Below are positions 10,368 to 24,890 of a stretch of DNA of 64,000 bases, piece by piece. The stretch lies in the NCBI GenBank assembly GCA_964016885.1, contig OZ024740.1, positions 226,238,001-226,302,000 on the forward strand, written 5' to 3'. Both the position numbers and the translations under genes were made by a program. The stretch comes from Eledone cirrhosa. Taxonomy: Eukaryota. How positions within the stretch are numbered: the first letter of the stretch is position 1; each line of letters begins with the position of its first letter. Below the pieces are notes generated by a model that saw only the letters and a list, made by a program, of their open reading frames with translations, was not told where the DNA came from and searched no databases.

Positions 10368-12175
10368 ATCATCATCATCATCATCATTTTACGTCCGCTT
10401 TTCCCTGCTTGCAAGGGTGGGACGGGTCTTATTCAGCACAGCATCTCTTCACTCGTCACGGTCCCTCGTCATCTCCACCGTGAGCTTCAATGATCTGAGG
10501 TCTGTTCTCACCACCTCCGCCCATGTTTTTCGTGGTCTACCTCTACCACGTCTTCCTTCAACTGGCATTTCCTGGCACTTCTTCACCCATCGGTCATCCT
10601 CCATGCGCATCACATGTCCATACCACTTCAGTCTCCTCTCCCGTACACTACACTCTATCCCTCTCAGACACAGTTTCTCTCTCAACACATTTATGCTGGG
10701 TCGTTCACCACATTTACACTGCACGTCCAACGGAGCATGCTTGCCTCATTTCTCTCCAGCCGTCGCATATCCTCTGCAGTTGCTGCCCATGTCTCACTAC
10801 CATGCAGCATCGCGCTCCTCACACAGGCATCATACAACCAGCCTTTCTTACGCAGGGAGAAACCCTTCTTCGTCAACAGAGGAAGCAGCTCCCTAAACTT
10901 CTTCCAACCCGTCCTTATTCTAGATACTATGGCCTCGGAACACCCTCCTCCCATGCTAATCTGATCTCATAGGTACCGGAAGCTATCCACCACTTCTATA
11001 GCGCCCTCTTGCATTTGAAAAATGTGTCTATCAGTGTGACGTCTACTGTCTAATTTACCTGTACATCTACTGCATACATATTTCTCCCTACCTGTTAGTT
11101 TGCCTGCTATCCCGCTACATCTCTTGTGTACCCAGGATCTGCATTGTGTGCATTTTATAGAATTTATGCCAGTTCCTTTTCTGCATATCGAACATGGCCA
11201 TTTCCCTGAAGGAATCAGGGTTTTGTCCTCTTTTCTACTCATCAACACTTTTGTCTTAGCTAGATTCACTCTCAGTCCTCTTGCTTCCAACTGCTGTTTC
11301 CATAGCCAGAATTTATTCTCTAGCTCCTCTACTGATTCTGCTATAAGAACCAGATCGTCAGCATAGAGAAGTTCCTATGGACAGCCAGTCTTAAACTCCT
11401 CTGTTATGGCTTGGAGGACTATAATGAACAAGAGCGGGCTGAGGACCGAGGCCTGATGTACTCCTACTTGTATCTGGAATTCCTCACTAAACTCCATTCC
11501 TACCCTGACTTTACTGAGAGTACCTCTGTACAAAGTTTGCACTGTCCTCACAAGCCATTCCTCAACACCTAGCTTCCTTAGGGACCACCAGATGACAGAT
11601 CGGGGTACCCTATCAAAGGCCTTCTCTAGGTCAACAAAGGCTAAGTATAGTGGCTTATTCTTCTCTAAGAACCTCTCTTGCATTTGTCTCACCAAGAAGA
11701 GGGCATCTGTTGTACTCTTCCCAGGCACAAAACCAAACTGCATCTCATCTAGTTTGACCCTTTCTCTAATTAGTTGTGCTAAAATCCTTTCTGCCACTTT
11801 CATAACCTGATCTATCAGTTTTATACCCCTATAATTGCTCCTCTCCAAAGCATCCCCTTTACCTTTGTAGCAATTTATGAGAATACTGCTGCACCAGTCT
11901 TTGGGTATGACACCACCATATATAGCCTGATTGATGATGCATGCAACCAGTTTAGTGCCTACGTCCCCTGATGCCTTCAGCATCTCAGCAACTATTCCCG
12001 ATGGTCCGGCCGCCTTACCATTTTTCATTTCCCTAATCGCCTCTTGGACCCTATATTCGTCAATCTCAATAGCTGGTCCCTCTGTCGGATCTACCAAGGG
12101 TAATTTCTCTCTCTCCCATTCGTTCTCCACATTCATCAGTCTCTCATACTGACATTTCCAGGCCTCCTTTTTCAT
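10368..12175 (-). mobile_element. RTE-clade LINE, 5'-truncated, with disrupted RT and PHD finger
   Basis: RT motifs YRGIKL, QFGFVPGKST, FVDLEKAFDRV, GVHQASVLSPLLF, YADDL. Cys4-His-Cys3 segment in ORF 10967-11290. C-terminal RLKWYGHVMRM...RGRGRPRKTW. (GAT)n 3' tail. Premature stop at 11375. Confidence 0.93.
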
Positions 12176-14339
12176 TTATATATATATAAATGAAAGATAT
12201 AGAAAATATTGTAGCAAAAAGCCAACAGTATTCCATAATATATAATATATATATATATATATATCATCATCATCATCATTGTATTTTATGTCTGCTTTTC
12301 CATGCTTGCATGGGTTGGATGGGTCCTTCTCAGCACCGTATCTCTCCACTTGTCGTGTTACTTCATCATCTCCTCTGCCAGTATTAGAGATTTGAGGTCA
12401 ACTCTCACAACCTGATGGTGTTATTCCTTTTACTTTTTGTTTCATTAGACTCAAAACAAAGGTTTGTTGTTTGATACTTTATTATTAAATATAGCCACCA
12501 TCATAATGATACGAAAGGAACTGAGATAACAATATTGTCACAAAGTAACAATACATATCATGCTGTATATGATTATCCCTTTTAGAAAACGTTTATACTA
12601 GTTTACATTTTAATCACAAAAGTTTAAAAGAAATTTAATATCTGTTTAAAGTATATACTGCAAAAGCAGAAGCAAAAAAAAAAAAAAATAAAGAACAGAA
12701 GGAAAAGGTAAAAAGAGAAACTCTACATCTTTGATTGAACAGCATCTCCCAGTTATGCCACTTATAAATGATGCTATCAGCATTGTTACAAAGAATTAGC
12801 CATCAATATCCACTGAATTTGCTTGTCTACCTCACAGGGCTCCTTTTTCTGGTGTAATTTCAACCTGTTTTGCTAGAGAAAAGTGGCAGTCTGGAGACTA
12901 AGGACACTGTATGTCTCAACAACAACCAGTGCGTAACGGAATCTATCAATTCTGCACTTGAAAAAAGCATCATCGATGTTTAAGTTGTAACCAATGACCA
13001 ACACTTTGTTTTTAATCAATTGTTCTCTTTGTTTATTTCTTTCAACATCTATTTTACCCTTTACATGAGTAAAATATAAAACTACTTAGTATGAAATTAG
13101 ATGAAGTATTTGTGAATAAGAGCAGCACTTAATCTACCCCTGAATTTTTAAGTAGGTTTTATAAATACAACCTAAATACACTTCAGTTAGGCCAATGTGA
13201 GCATTAGTCATTTTATTTTCTTCATATAAACTACACTTAATTAAACTACACTTTATAATAATACTTGCATACAACTTTGTTCCTATTATCAAAGAGTTAC
13301 ACACCCACTTTTTTGCAATTATATCTTTAATATCTTTACTAGCTATTTAGTTATTCTATACACATCATTGCTTTTTCTCATTAGCACATTTGTGTATCAC
13401 ATTCACTAGGTCTCTTCCTAGCTATACTTTATATGTTGCTTCTAATTACAGCCTTCCTCTTTTCTCCTGTCTTTTCATCTTTCCATTCATTTCCCTTTTC
13501 TCTTACTGCTTCATCTGTCTTGGCATTCTGCCATTGTGATTATTGCTATCTTGCATGACCCTTGCTCTATTGACAAACTTCTCTATCTTGCTTATTTATC
13601 CCATGTTGTTGCTTCTTCTTGCTTCCGTAAGACTCTCTTGCAGCTGCTGAACAGAATCTAGTCCAATATAGTCATTTTTTCTAATATGTTCACTTATTAA
13701 TTATATGCTTTTTATATTCCTTTACAGTTGTAAATGCCATGTCATGTTCTGTAACCTTTGTGTCAGTACCGTATTCTGGAAATAACCCAAAGGTTTCTCT
13801 TACACTAAATGTTCACTAAAAATAATAGTTACAACTCTCTAACCATGTTTATATCATGGTAAAGCTTTATTTCGTTTTTAAGTCAGGCATGGAAATTCTA
13901 GCAATCAATTAATTTTTTATGATTTCATTTCTTTGGACATCTAATCATAAAACCTATCAGTTTACAAAGATGTGAGTAATGAGAGTAAAATAACTTGCCC
14001 TGAGTCTAAGCAGAATCAGGAGAATAGGCATAATTAAAAGTACAGAAATGTAATCAACATGGCCATCTAAGTACAGACCAGTTAAAGATCACATCAGAGA
14101 GAAAGAACTGAAAATGAAAAAGATCTGAAGTATCTTCTGTTTATTTGGATTATAAAACATATTCATGAGGGATCCTCCATCAATTTTCACGATGAGCTTT
14201 CAGTTGTTTGATCAACTGAGGTTCCAACTGAAATATCAACTTAAAGAGCTCAAATATATTATCCACAGTGAAATATTCATAAACATTGATAAGATTTTAT
14301 TTGATTTCACTTCAAGCGATAATCAGTGACGAACTAAAG

Positions 14340-14524
14340 TACCTTATATACTTGAATATAAGCCAAGGAATATGTGATACCCCAAAAAATAGATGATAAA
14401 ATGGGTGGGGGTGATTATATATGCCATCTAAACAATGGGATTTTGACTTTTGCTCATTTCTCAGACAAAGTTGGGAGAGGGGCAGCTTATATTCAGATCA
14501 GCTTATATTCGAGTATATACAGTA
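14340..14524. mobile_element. Short Tc1/mariner (Tc2/pogo-like) MITE
   Basis: Imperfect TIRs TATATACTTGAATATAAGC / GCTTATATTCGAGTATATA with TA flanks. Confidence 0.6.
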
Positions 14525-15349
14525 AATTATGTGATGATGATCCTCTACCATTTTTGATGATTAGCAATTGGTTGTTAGATAATCTGATTCCCAACACATG
14601 AATTAATGTGAAAGACTTTGGGTATCTTATAGATACGTGAACCCTCAATATAATTCCTAAACTGAATTAAGATAACAATATGTGACAAAGTCAGACCTTT
14701 GAATTACAGATACAATCCATCCAATGTTTCTATCTATCCCATTTCAGACACACAGACAAAAAGGCCCAGACCACACATACACAGACACACATAGATAAAA
14801 AGTGGCAGTCCACACTGTAAAATGGTTGTGTAGGTGTCATAACAAAGCACACAGTACACACTATAAATGTGGCTAGCATTATGAAGGGAATCAAGCTATA
14901 GAAACCAAACCAAACTCAGCCCTGTATGAGCAAGACACAATCTACTGATCTGGCTTGTTTCAAAATTGGACAACTCGTCTAACCCATGCTACCATGGGGA
15001 AATGGGTGTTAAATGGTGATGATAATACACACAAAAATATTCTGTCTTTGTGCCTATGTAAGAAATCAAGTACTCATTAATAGAATAGTAAGGAGAGTTA
15101 ATTCATTAACATTTAGCTGCCTCAATAGTTCTTACTATCTAGTTCTCTGGTTCACAGTTAGGAATATAACTCCTACTGAAATTAATTCTAACTTAAAGCC
15201 TATTTATCCTTGGCTACTTGTGGTCTTGTGTTATGAAAGTCACCTTTTTCTGTTCTTCTTACCAAGAAATGTAATATTTTATATCAATAGTAGAAATTGT
15301 ATGTATTATATTTCTTCCACCTTTGGAAAATATACAAACATTTCATGCT

Positions 15350-15632
15350 TATATAAGTATCAAATAAAAGGTTGAGAAGAGATTTCATTTCTGATAAGGA
15401 CACAGCTACTGTTCTAGTGCTGATGTCAAGACCAAATGCACTGAATACCCTCTGTAAAAGGGTTGGAATTACGAAGGGTATCCAGCCGTAGAAACATGTC
15501 AAAATAGAATATATTTATGCAAAATATCCAATATATCATAGCAGATGACTTGAACTGTAACAAGCTAAACAACCTATGCCAGCATGGCAAACATATGTAA
15601 AATGATGATGTTGATGATGATGATGATAATGA
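15350..15632 (+). mobile_element. RTE-type 3' tail fragment
   Basis: GAAGGGTATCCAGCCGTAGAAAC...CATGCCAGCATGG...(GAT)n, matching the other RTE/SINE tails in the window. Confidence 0.65.
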
Positions 15633-17084
15633 TCTTGTGTTATAAATCTTATCTCTTTCTGTTCTTTTCACCAAGAAATGTTATATTTTATACTAATAGT
15701 AGAAACAACAATTCTTCCACCTTTGGAAAACATGTGAACATTAGAGCTCTGATTATTCAACTCGCTAAAAATGTCGGAATACAAGCTTATGTAAGAATCA
15801 ATTATTTCCTTGTGTCTCCGACCGTTACAGTTCCATTAACCATGATGATGCAAATAGCTCCGAATTTTGCAAGCGCTAATTCAATTTATTTGAATACAAT
15901 AGAATACAATATTTCTTTTTATTTTCTCCAATAGTAAAAGATATTTTTCCAAAAGTAAAAGCTTTACAGAATTTTCAAAATTATAATATAGAATTAAATA
16001 TTGTTATGCATTGTGTGAATGTAAGAGAGAATAATAAAATGTAAAGTTAATTAAAGGAGAAACTGCAAATATATAATTTGTTATGAAGAATTACTTTAAT
16101 AGTTTGAAATAACTTATCAAAAGAGTTACTCAACTTGCACATTTGGAAGAATGATGCTATAAAATTTATGCACTTATATCATCATCATTTTTATGTCTGC
16201 TTTTCCATGCTTGCATGTGTTTGACAGATCTTCTTCAATACATATTCTTCTTCATTTGTCTCCTTCCTTTGTCATTTTCTCTGTGAGACTCCACATTCTG
16301 AGATCAGTTCTCACTACTTCTTTCTTGGTTTTCCTTGTTCATCTTCAGCAGATTCCTTCCAATATATACACACATATATGTATAACCATTTATTTTAGTT
16401 TGTTTTCCAATGGGTAGAACTGGTGATTCTGGTTAGTAAATGATGATGCAATAAATTAAAGCACTCAACATTGTGCAAATCATCCATGGTAGGTGCAGGA
16501 ACAGAGATGAATATAATTAAAAATAACAGAAGACCAGACTGGAAAATTTCTTTAAAATTTTAATTTCTCTTAGGAAACAAATGAAAACAAGGGAAAACAA
16601 AAAGCGTTTTTAAGGGGAACCTTAAAAAATTGTTTTTTGAAAAATAGAAACACAGAATTCCAGGGTCATCAGATGTTGAGATGGAATTTGGCAGTTTTGA
16701 ACCCTACCAATGGTACTGTTATTCCACCCAGGGTCAGAGCGTCTGAGACAAGCCAAACACTGTCCAGTGGAGTAAGCGACAAGAGACAAAACATTAATTC
16801 ATAGCTATTAAACTATAATAAGTACACATAGAATTTTATGTGACGTCAGGGAAAAGTGAGGTACTTTTTATAGTATGAAGGCCTTGGGAATGAAACAAAG
16901 AAGAAGAAAAGAAAAGTAATAAAAAAAACTAATAATATCATGTTAAAAAATGTAACCCATGTAAATTAAAGGGGGTGAAGAGATAACGTGTTTGTTTGTC
17001 ACAGATTATTAATGATAAACTTAAAATTAACAGAGAGGACAAGACAATGAACGAAAACAAGACGAAACAAAAAACAAATTATAT

Positions 17085-17578
17085 ATCATCATCATCATAC
17101 GTCCATTTATCTATGTTAGCATGGATTAGACAAGTTCTAGGTCAGGTGACCATGTCTTGTTCATACAGAATTAATTTTGTTGTGGGTAATGCTAGGTCAG
17201 ATGACCATGTCTTGTTCATACAGATTTAATTTTAACCTTGTTTCTACAGCTGGATGCCCTTCCTAATGCCAACCTAATTTACATTGAGTACTGGGTGCAT
17301 TTTGTCGTGACATCTACATGACCACTTTACAGTGTGGACTGGGTGCTTTTTGTCGTGACACCTACACAACCACTTTATAGTGTGGACTGGGTGCTTTTTG
17401 TCGTGACACCTACATGACCACTTTATAGTGTGGACTGGGTGCTTTTTGTCGTGACACCTACACAACCACTTTACAGTGTGGACTGGGTGCTTTTTGTCGT
17501 GACACCTACACAACCACTTTATAGTGTGGACTGGGTGCTTTTTGTCGTGACACCTACATGACCACTTTACAGTGTGGG
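17085..17578 (-). mobile_element. RTE/SINE 3' tail containing about 6 tandem 48-bp units
   Basis: (CAT)n at about 17086, GGATGCCCTTCCTAA motif, 48-bp unit CCACTTTAYAGTGTGGACTGGGTGCTTTTTGTCGTGACACCTACA repeated at 17280-17578. Confidence 0.75.
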
Positions 17579-17776
17579 ATGGGGCTTCAATGGATGTATA
17601 CTTCAGCCTGTCCTCATAGGAGATGTATGATTTTTTTTTTGCATAAGATAGATATAGCAATGAAGAACACCAGCAGTTTACTGGAGATCTCAGCAATTTC
17701 AGCTCACTTCCAACAATATAGTACCCTCCAGGAAATATATGAGCTTCTGTGTCCCCACCCACTCTATAATATGTAA

Positions 17777-17915
17777 AGGCATGTGGCCTAGTGGCTAGTG
17801 TGTTGGACATCTGATCATAATGTTGTGAGTTTGATTCCTGGAACTGGTGGCACATTGTGTTCTTGAGCAAAACACTTCATTTCACATTGCTCCAGTTCAC
17901 TCAGGTGAAAATGAG
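17777..17915 (+). mobile_element. tRNA-derived CORE-type SINE
   Basis: A-box TGGCCTAGTGG, B-box GAGTTTGATTCC, CORE-like TGTGTTCTTGAGCAAAACACTT. Confidence 0.7.
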
Positions 17916-18358
17916 AACCACTAGTAGCTGTGAATTAACACTGCAGTAGACTGGTATCTTGTCCAGGGGGAATTCTTGTACTTGTGGTTATATAACCCCA
18001 AGCAAACTGAGATAAGCATGAGCCTGATGAGTATCTAGTCTTAGGCAAGAAAACCCTTTATAATATGCTTTTTCACTGCATCATTCATGCTGCAACCACA
18101 TCAAACTCAATATAGCTGTAACCGCTCAACTATGTAATAGCTATTTTGTTTTACAACTTTCAGAGGATCTGTTCTTAGTTTTTATTAGTATCTGTGTCAG
18201 ACCTGTAATGAAGCATCTTTTTTTATCATCCCCTTCAGTTCTCTAATCTCTACTCTGCTCCTCTCCTAAATCCATAGCTTGCAAGGTAGGACATAGTGAA
18301 ATTAGTTACAAACCTGTGACATTCCACTTCATCTATGCTTCATTATTTATGCACACAA

Positions 18359-18578
18359 GGGTGGTGGATTGGCAGTATCGGGAGAGAGTTGGATCCCATG
18401 CTTTGCAGCATAAAGTTACGGTCCTTTACAGTCTGAGTTCAAATCCCGCCGAGGTTTACTTTGCCTTTCATCCTTACGGGATCGATAAAATAAAGCACCA
18501 GTAATGTAGTGGGGTCGATTTAATCGACTTTCACCGTACCCCAAATTACTGGTTTGTGCCTATACTAGAAATCATTAT
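18359..18578 (+). mobile_element. tRNA-derived SINE (GCCTTTCATCCTT...GATAAA central domain)
   Basis: B-box GAGTTCAAATCC. Flanking direct repeat of about 15 bp, ATTATT(T)TATGCACA (TSD). Same family as 32289. Confidence 0.75.
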
Positions 18579-19182
18579 TTATGCACATTAACATTACACA
18601 TCCAGCAGACTACACTTGATCCATTTCTTTCCAATCTTCATATCATCTGTATTCAATGCCCTTGTCTATACCATGCAGCATTGCACTTCATATGCAGGCA
18701 TCAAATCCAAATATTTTTTTCATAGTTGAGTAAAGAATGGATTATTTTTCCTATAGCAAATTCAGATCTTCACAATTCTGTACACAAATCCCATCGAGGT
18801 TCAACATTTTTTGTATATTTTATAATTCTTAAGTCAATAAAATAAAAGGTAGAAATATATTGAGGGTAGAAGGGTTGATTCATGAATTATATCCTTCTCT
18901 TTTCTTTACAAAAGTCATTCTTGAGCCAAATAAAAAAAATAGACAAATGTAGTTTCTCCAGTATATACCTTTCACTGCTTATCATAATCTTTGCAATGGA
19001 TGTCACCAGAGATTCTGCCACCAAGCAGATATATTCTATAGACTAATAGAATCCAGACTTTCTTTTTCAAATATTTTAAAATAATTTTGTTAGTTTTTGT
19101 TTTGCTGGTGAGGTGAAATGAAGAAATTGGTGTTTTCCTTATACAATACAGTTTGATTTATTTTTTTTTACATAGTGAATGA

Positions 19183-19860
<678 letters not shown>

Positions 19861-20046
19861 CTGTGTGTGTCTGTGGAAGTTCATAAGTTTATGTGAATGT
19901 TTATATTCATGAATATGTGTCTGTATCGATTTGTTTGTCACTGGTGGTATATATGTGTCTATCTGTACATTCATGTGTATCTATATATGTAGCTATGTAT
20001 GCATGTATCCCAGTGCATATGTGTGTATATATATATATATATATGA

Positions 20047-23000
20047 AGGCACATGGCTTAGTTTTTAGAGCATTGGGCTTGCAATCGAAAGGTTGTGAGT
20101 TCAATTGTCTTGAGCAAGACACTTTATTTCACATTGCTCCAGTTTACTCAGCTGTAGAAATGAGATGATAGGACTGGGGTCCCTATCATTCCACTGCAAA
20201 GTGGTCGTGGAGGTGCCACAGAAAAAAAGCACCCAGCCCAAACTGCAAAGTGGTCATGGAGGTGCCACGACAAGAAAGCACCCAGCCCACACTGTAAAGT
20301 GGACATGTAGGCGCCACGGCAAAAAAGCACCCAGCCCACACTGTAAAGTGGATGTGTAGGCGCCACGGCAAAAAAACACCCAGCCCACACTGTAAAGTGG
20401 ATGTGTAGGTGCCACGGCAAAAAAGCACCCAGCCCACACTGTAAAGTGGATGTGTAGGTGCCACGGCAAGAAAGCACCCAGCCCACACTGCAAAGTGGAT
20501 GTGTAGTTGCCACGGAAAAAAGGACCCAGCCCACACTGTAAAGTGGATGTGTAGGTACCACGGAAAAAAAGCACCCAGCCCACACTGTAAAGTGGATGTG
20601 TAGGCGCCACGACAAGAAAGCACCCAGCCCACACTGCAAAGTGGATGTGTAGTTGCCATGGAAAAAAAAGCACCCAGCCCACACTGCAAAGTGGATGTGT
20701 AGGTACCACGGAAAAAAAGCACCCAGCCCACACTGTAAAGTGGATGTGTAGGTACCACGGAAAAAAAGCACCCAGCCCACACTGTAAAGTGGATGTGTAG
20801 GCGCCACGGCAAAAAAGCACCCAGCCCACACTGTAAAGTGGATGTGTAGGCGCCAGGGCAAAAAAGCACCCAGCCCACACTGTAAAGTGGATGTGTAGGT
20901 GCCACGGAAAAAAAGCACCCAGCCCACACTGTAAAGTGGATGTGTAGGCGCCACGGCAAAAAAGCACCCAGCCCACACTGTAAGGTGGATGTGTAGGCGC
21001 CACGGCAAAAAAGCACCCAGCCCACACTGTAAAGTGGATGTGTAGGTACCACGGAAAAAAAGCACCCAGCCCACACTGTAAAGTGGATGTGTAGTTGCCA
21101 TGGAAAAAAAAGCACCCAGCCCACACTGTAAAGTGGATGTGTAGGTACCACGGCAAAAAAGCACCCAGCCCACACTGCAAAGTGGATGTGTAGGCGCCAG
21201 GGCAAAAAAGCACCCAGCCCACACTGTAAAGTGGATGTGTAGGTGCCACGGAAAAAAAGCACCCAGCCCACACTGTAAAGTGGATGTGTAGGCGCCACGG
21301 CAAAAAAGCACCCAGCCCACACTGTAAGGTGGATGTGTAGGCGCCACGGCAAAAAAGCACCCAGCCCACACTGTAAAGTGGATGTGTAGGTACCACGGAA
21401 AAAAAGCACCCAGCCCACACTGTAAAGTGGATGTGTAGTTGCCATGGAAAAAAAAGCACCCAGCCCACACTGTAAAGTGGATGTGTAGGTACCACGGCAA
21501 AAAAGCACCCAGCCCACACTGCAAAGTGGATGTGTAGGCGCCAGGGCAAAAAAGCACCCAGCCCACACTGTAAAGTGGATGTGTAGGTGCCACGGCAAAA
21601 AAGCACCCAGCCCACACTGTAAAGTGGATGTGTAGGTGCCACGGAAAAAAAGCACCCAGCCCACACTGTAAAGTGGATGTGTAGGCGCCACGGCAAAAAA
21701 GCACCCAGCCCACACTGTAAAGTGGATGTGTAGGCGCCAGGGCAAAAAAGCACCCAGCCCACACTGTAAAGTGGATGTGTAGGTGCCACGGAAAAAAAGC
21801 ACCCAGCCCACACTGTAAAGTGGATGTGTAGGCGCCACGGCAAAAAAGCACCCAGCCCACACTGTAAGGTGGATGTGTAGGCGCCACGGCAAAAAAGCAC
21901 CCAGCCCACACTGCAAAGTGGATGTGTAGGTGCCACGGAAAAAAAGCACCCAGCCCACACTGCAAAGTGGATGTGTAGGTGCCACGGAAAAAAAGCACCC
22001 AGCCCACACTGTAAAGTGGATGTGTAGGCGCCACGGCAAAAAAGCACCCAGCCCACACTGTAAAGTGGATGTGTAGGTGCCACGGCAAAAAAGCACCCAG
22101 CCCACACTGTAAAGTGGATGTGTAGTTGCCATGGAAAAAAAAGCACCCAGCCCACACTGTAAAGTGGATGTGTAGGCGCCACGGCAAAAAAGCACCCAGC
22201 CCACACTGTAAAGTGGATGTGTAGGTACCATGGAAAAAAAGCACCCAGCCCACACTGTAAAGTGGATGTGTAGGTACCACGGCAAAAAAGCACCCAGCCC
22301 ACACTGTAAAGTGGATGTGTAGGTACCACGGAAAAAAAGCACCCAGCCCACACTGTAAAGTGGATGTGTAGGCGCCACGGCAAAAAAGCACCCAGCCCAC
22401 ACTTTAAAGTGGATGTGTAGGCGCCAGGGCAAAAAAGCACCCAGCCCACACTGTAAAGTGGATGTGTAGGCGCCACGGCAAAAAAGCACCCAGCCCACAC
22501 TGTAAAGTGGATGTGTAGGCGCCACGACAAAAAAGCACCCAGCCCACACTGTAAAGTGGATGTGTAGGTACCACGGCAAAAAAAGCACCCAGCCCACACT
22601 GCAAAGTGGATGTGTAGGCGTCACGGCAAAAAAGCACCCAGCCCACACTGTAAAGTGGATGTGTAGGCGCCACGGCAAAAAAGCACCCAGCCCACACTGT
22701 AAAGTGGATGTGTAGGCGCCACGGCAAAAAAGCACCCAGCCCACACTGTAAAGTGGATGTGTAGGCGCCACGGCAAAAAAGCACCCAGCCCACACTGTAA
22801 AGTGGATGTGTAGGCGCCACGGAAAAAAAGCACCCAGCCCACACTGTAAAGTGGATGTGTAGGCGCCACGACAAAAAAGCACCCAGACCACACTGTAAAG
22901 TGGATGTGTAGGTACCACGGCAAAAAAAGCACCCAGCCCACACTGTAAAGTGGATGTGTAGGCGCCACGACAAAAAAGCACCCAGCCCACACTGTAAAGT

Positions 23001-23493
23001 GGATGTGTAGGCGCCACGGCAAAAAAGCACCCAGCCCACACTGTAAAGTGGATGTGTAGGCGCCACGGCAAAAAAGCACCCAGCCCACACTGTAAAGTGG
23101 ATGTGTAGGCGCCACGGCAAAAAAGCACCCAGCCCACACTGTAAAGTGGATGTGTAGGCGCCACGGCAAAAAAGCACCCAGCCCACACTGCACAAAAAAG
23201 CACCCAGCCCACACTGCACAAAAAAGCACCCAGCCCACACTGCACAAAAAAGCACCCAGCCCACACTGCAAAGTGGATGTGGAGGTGCCACAGAAAAAAA
23301 GCACCCAGCACTCACTGTAAATGAGGTTGGTGTTAGGAAGGGCATCAAGCTGTTGAAATCAAGCCAGAATCAGTTCCCGTATTAGCAAGACAAGGTCAGC
23401 CGACCGGACACTGCCCACAACAGGACAACCCGTCTAACCCATGCTAGCATGGAAGAACGGACGTAAAACGGTGATGATGATGATGATGATGAT
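20047..23493 (+). mobile_element. CORE-type SINE with RTE tail, internally expanded by a 49-bp array
   Basis: Head 20047-20190 matches the SINE at 52720. Tail with (GAT)n at 23320-23493. Confidence 0.85.
20190..23320. repeat. 49-bp tandem repeat, about 60-65 copies
   Basis: Unit CACCCAGCCCACACTGTAAAGTGGATGTGTAGGCGCCACGGCAAAAAAG. Three shortened units of about 29 bp at 23170-23260. Confidence 0.97.
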
Positions 23494-24277
23494 ATATATA
23501 TATAGTTTGCATATATGAAAACCTTTGTATGAATTATTTTTATGCATGTCTTTTTATATTTAAGAATGTTTTGTGTGCCTGTGTGCTTATATATATACTT
23601 ATATCCTATGCTGTGTGCATGTGTAAAGCTCTATGTTAGTATGTGTCTCAAAATTAATGTGTATGTCTAGTGTTTTATCTGTATGTAAGAATGTATTTTG
23701 TGTGTTTGTGTGCATATGTGTGTACATAGCATGCTGTATGCTTATGTAAATGTAAAGATTTCAAGATGTGTCACAGAATTTATGTGTATGTCAAGGTTTC
23801 TCTCTAATTCCCTCTCTTCATCCTGTTTTCCTATCATGTGATATCTATACAGCCATTTGTCTTTTGCTTTTGACTCACCAATCCTATGCTCACCTCTTGT
23901 AAGCTGTCTGTTGTCTCAACAACAAGGTACTTATTTACTACAAGTTTTTCCTATCATCAACAACAGCAACACCCACCCAAAAAACTGTTATTTATACAAG
24001 CCATCAGCAGCAAACACTGAACAGAAATGCACTGACAATCATGCACATGTATCCACACTCATGCATGTACATTCATACTTACATTCACACCAACACCACC
24101 ACCAATATCTCTGCCACCAGCCCCACTAGCACCAACATGACCAAGAACACCACCTTCCTCACCATTACCACTACCACCACCAAATGGTATGTCCAGAAAC
24201 ATATATCACCAGCTTCAGCGCATACCACAACGGGGTGAGGGGAACCAAGACACCACCACAACAAGCACTCATATATA

Positions 24278-24312
<35 letters not shown>

Positions 24313-24355
24313 GTAGACATGTATATTTATATATGTAGATATATATGTTTAAATA

Positions 24356-24394
<39 letters not shown>

Positions 24395-24890
24395 GTATGT
24401 GTATGTACATGTATGTGTATATATATGTATATAATAACCACCAACAGATTCCTCTTAGCTATATACATATATCATCACAAAGTGCACACCACTGTGAAAG
24501 GAACCACAAACCGCCAACACTAAAAACATCTCCATGACAAGCACAGATTGTCTCCACCTCATTTGTATATCACCACTAACACCAGTAGACAGCCAAGTCG
24601 TAAACACCAACCTCACACACTGCAGCTATACAACACACAACCACTACATACTATATACTAACACTACACCTTATGCATTAACACTACATCCTATGCACTA
24701 ACACTACATCCAATACACTATCAGTACCTCCTATACATTAACACTACCACAACGGTTACATACTATGCCTTACACACTGCCACTATCGTTAAACACTACT
24801 ACTACACCCTCATCATTAACACTGCACACTACCACTGTCATTACCAGCAGCCCCACTACACACTACAACTAAAAACTATAACACTAGCAT

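Noticed and set aside
16650-16790. Possible host exon (AG...GTAAGC, one open frame)
   Set aside because: No polypyrimidine tract and no recognisable peptide. Cannot be supported without RNA-seq.
20190-23320. CRISPR-like appearance (constant segment plus variable segment)
   Set aside because: The variable parts are point variants of one sequence, not unique spacers. Eukaryotic context and no cas genes.
20148-23348. 750-1041 aa minus-strand ORFs
   Set aside because: Stop-free translations of the 49-bp repeat in all frames. No domain content.
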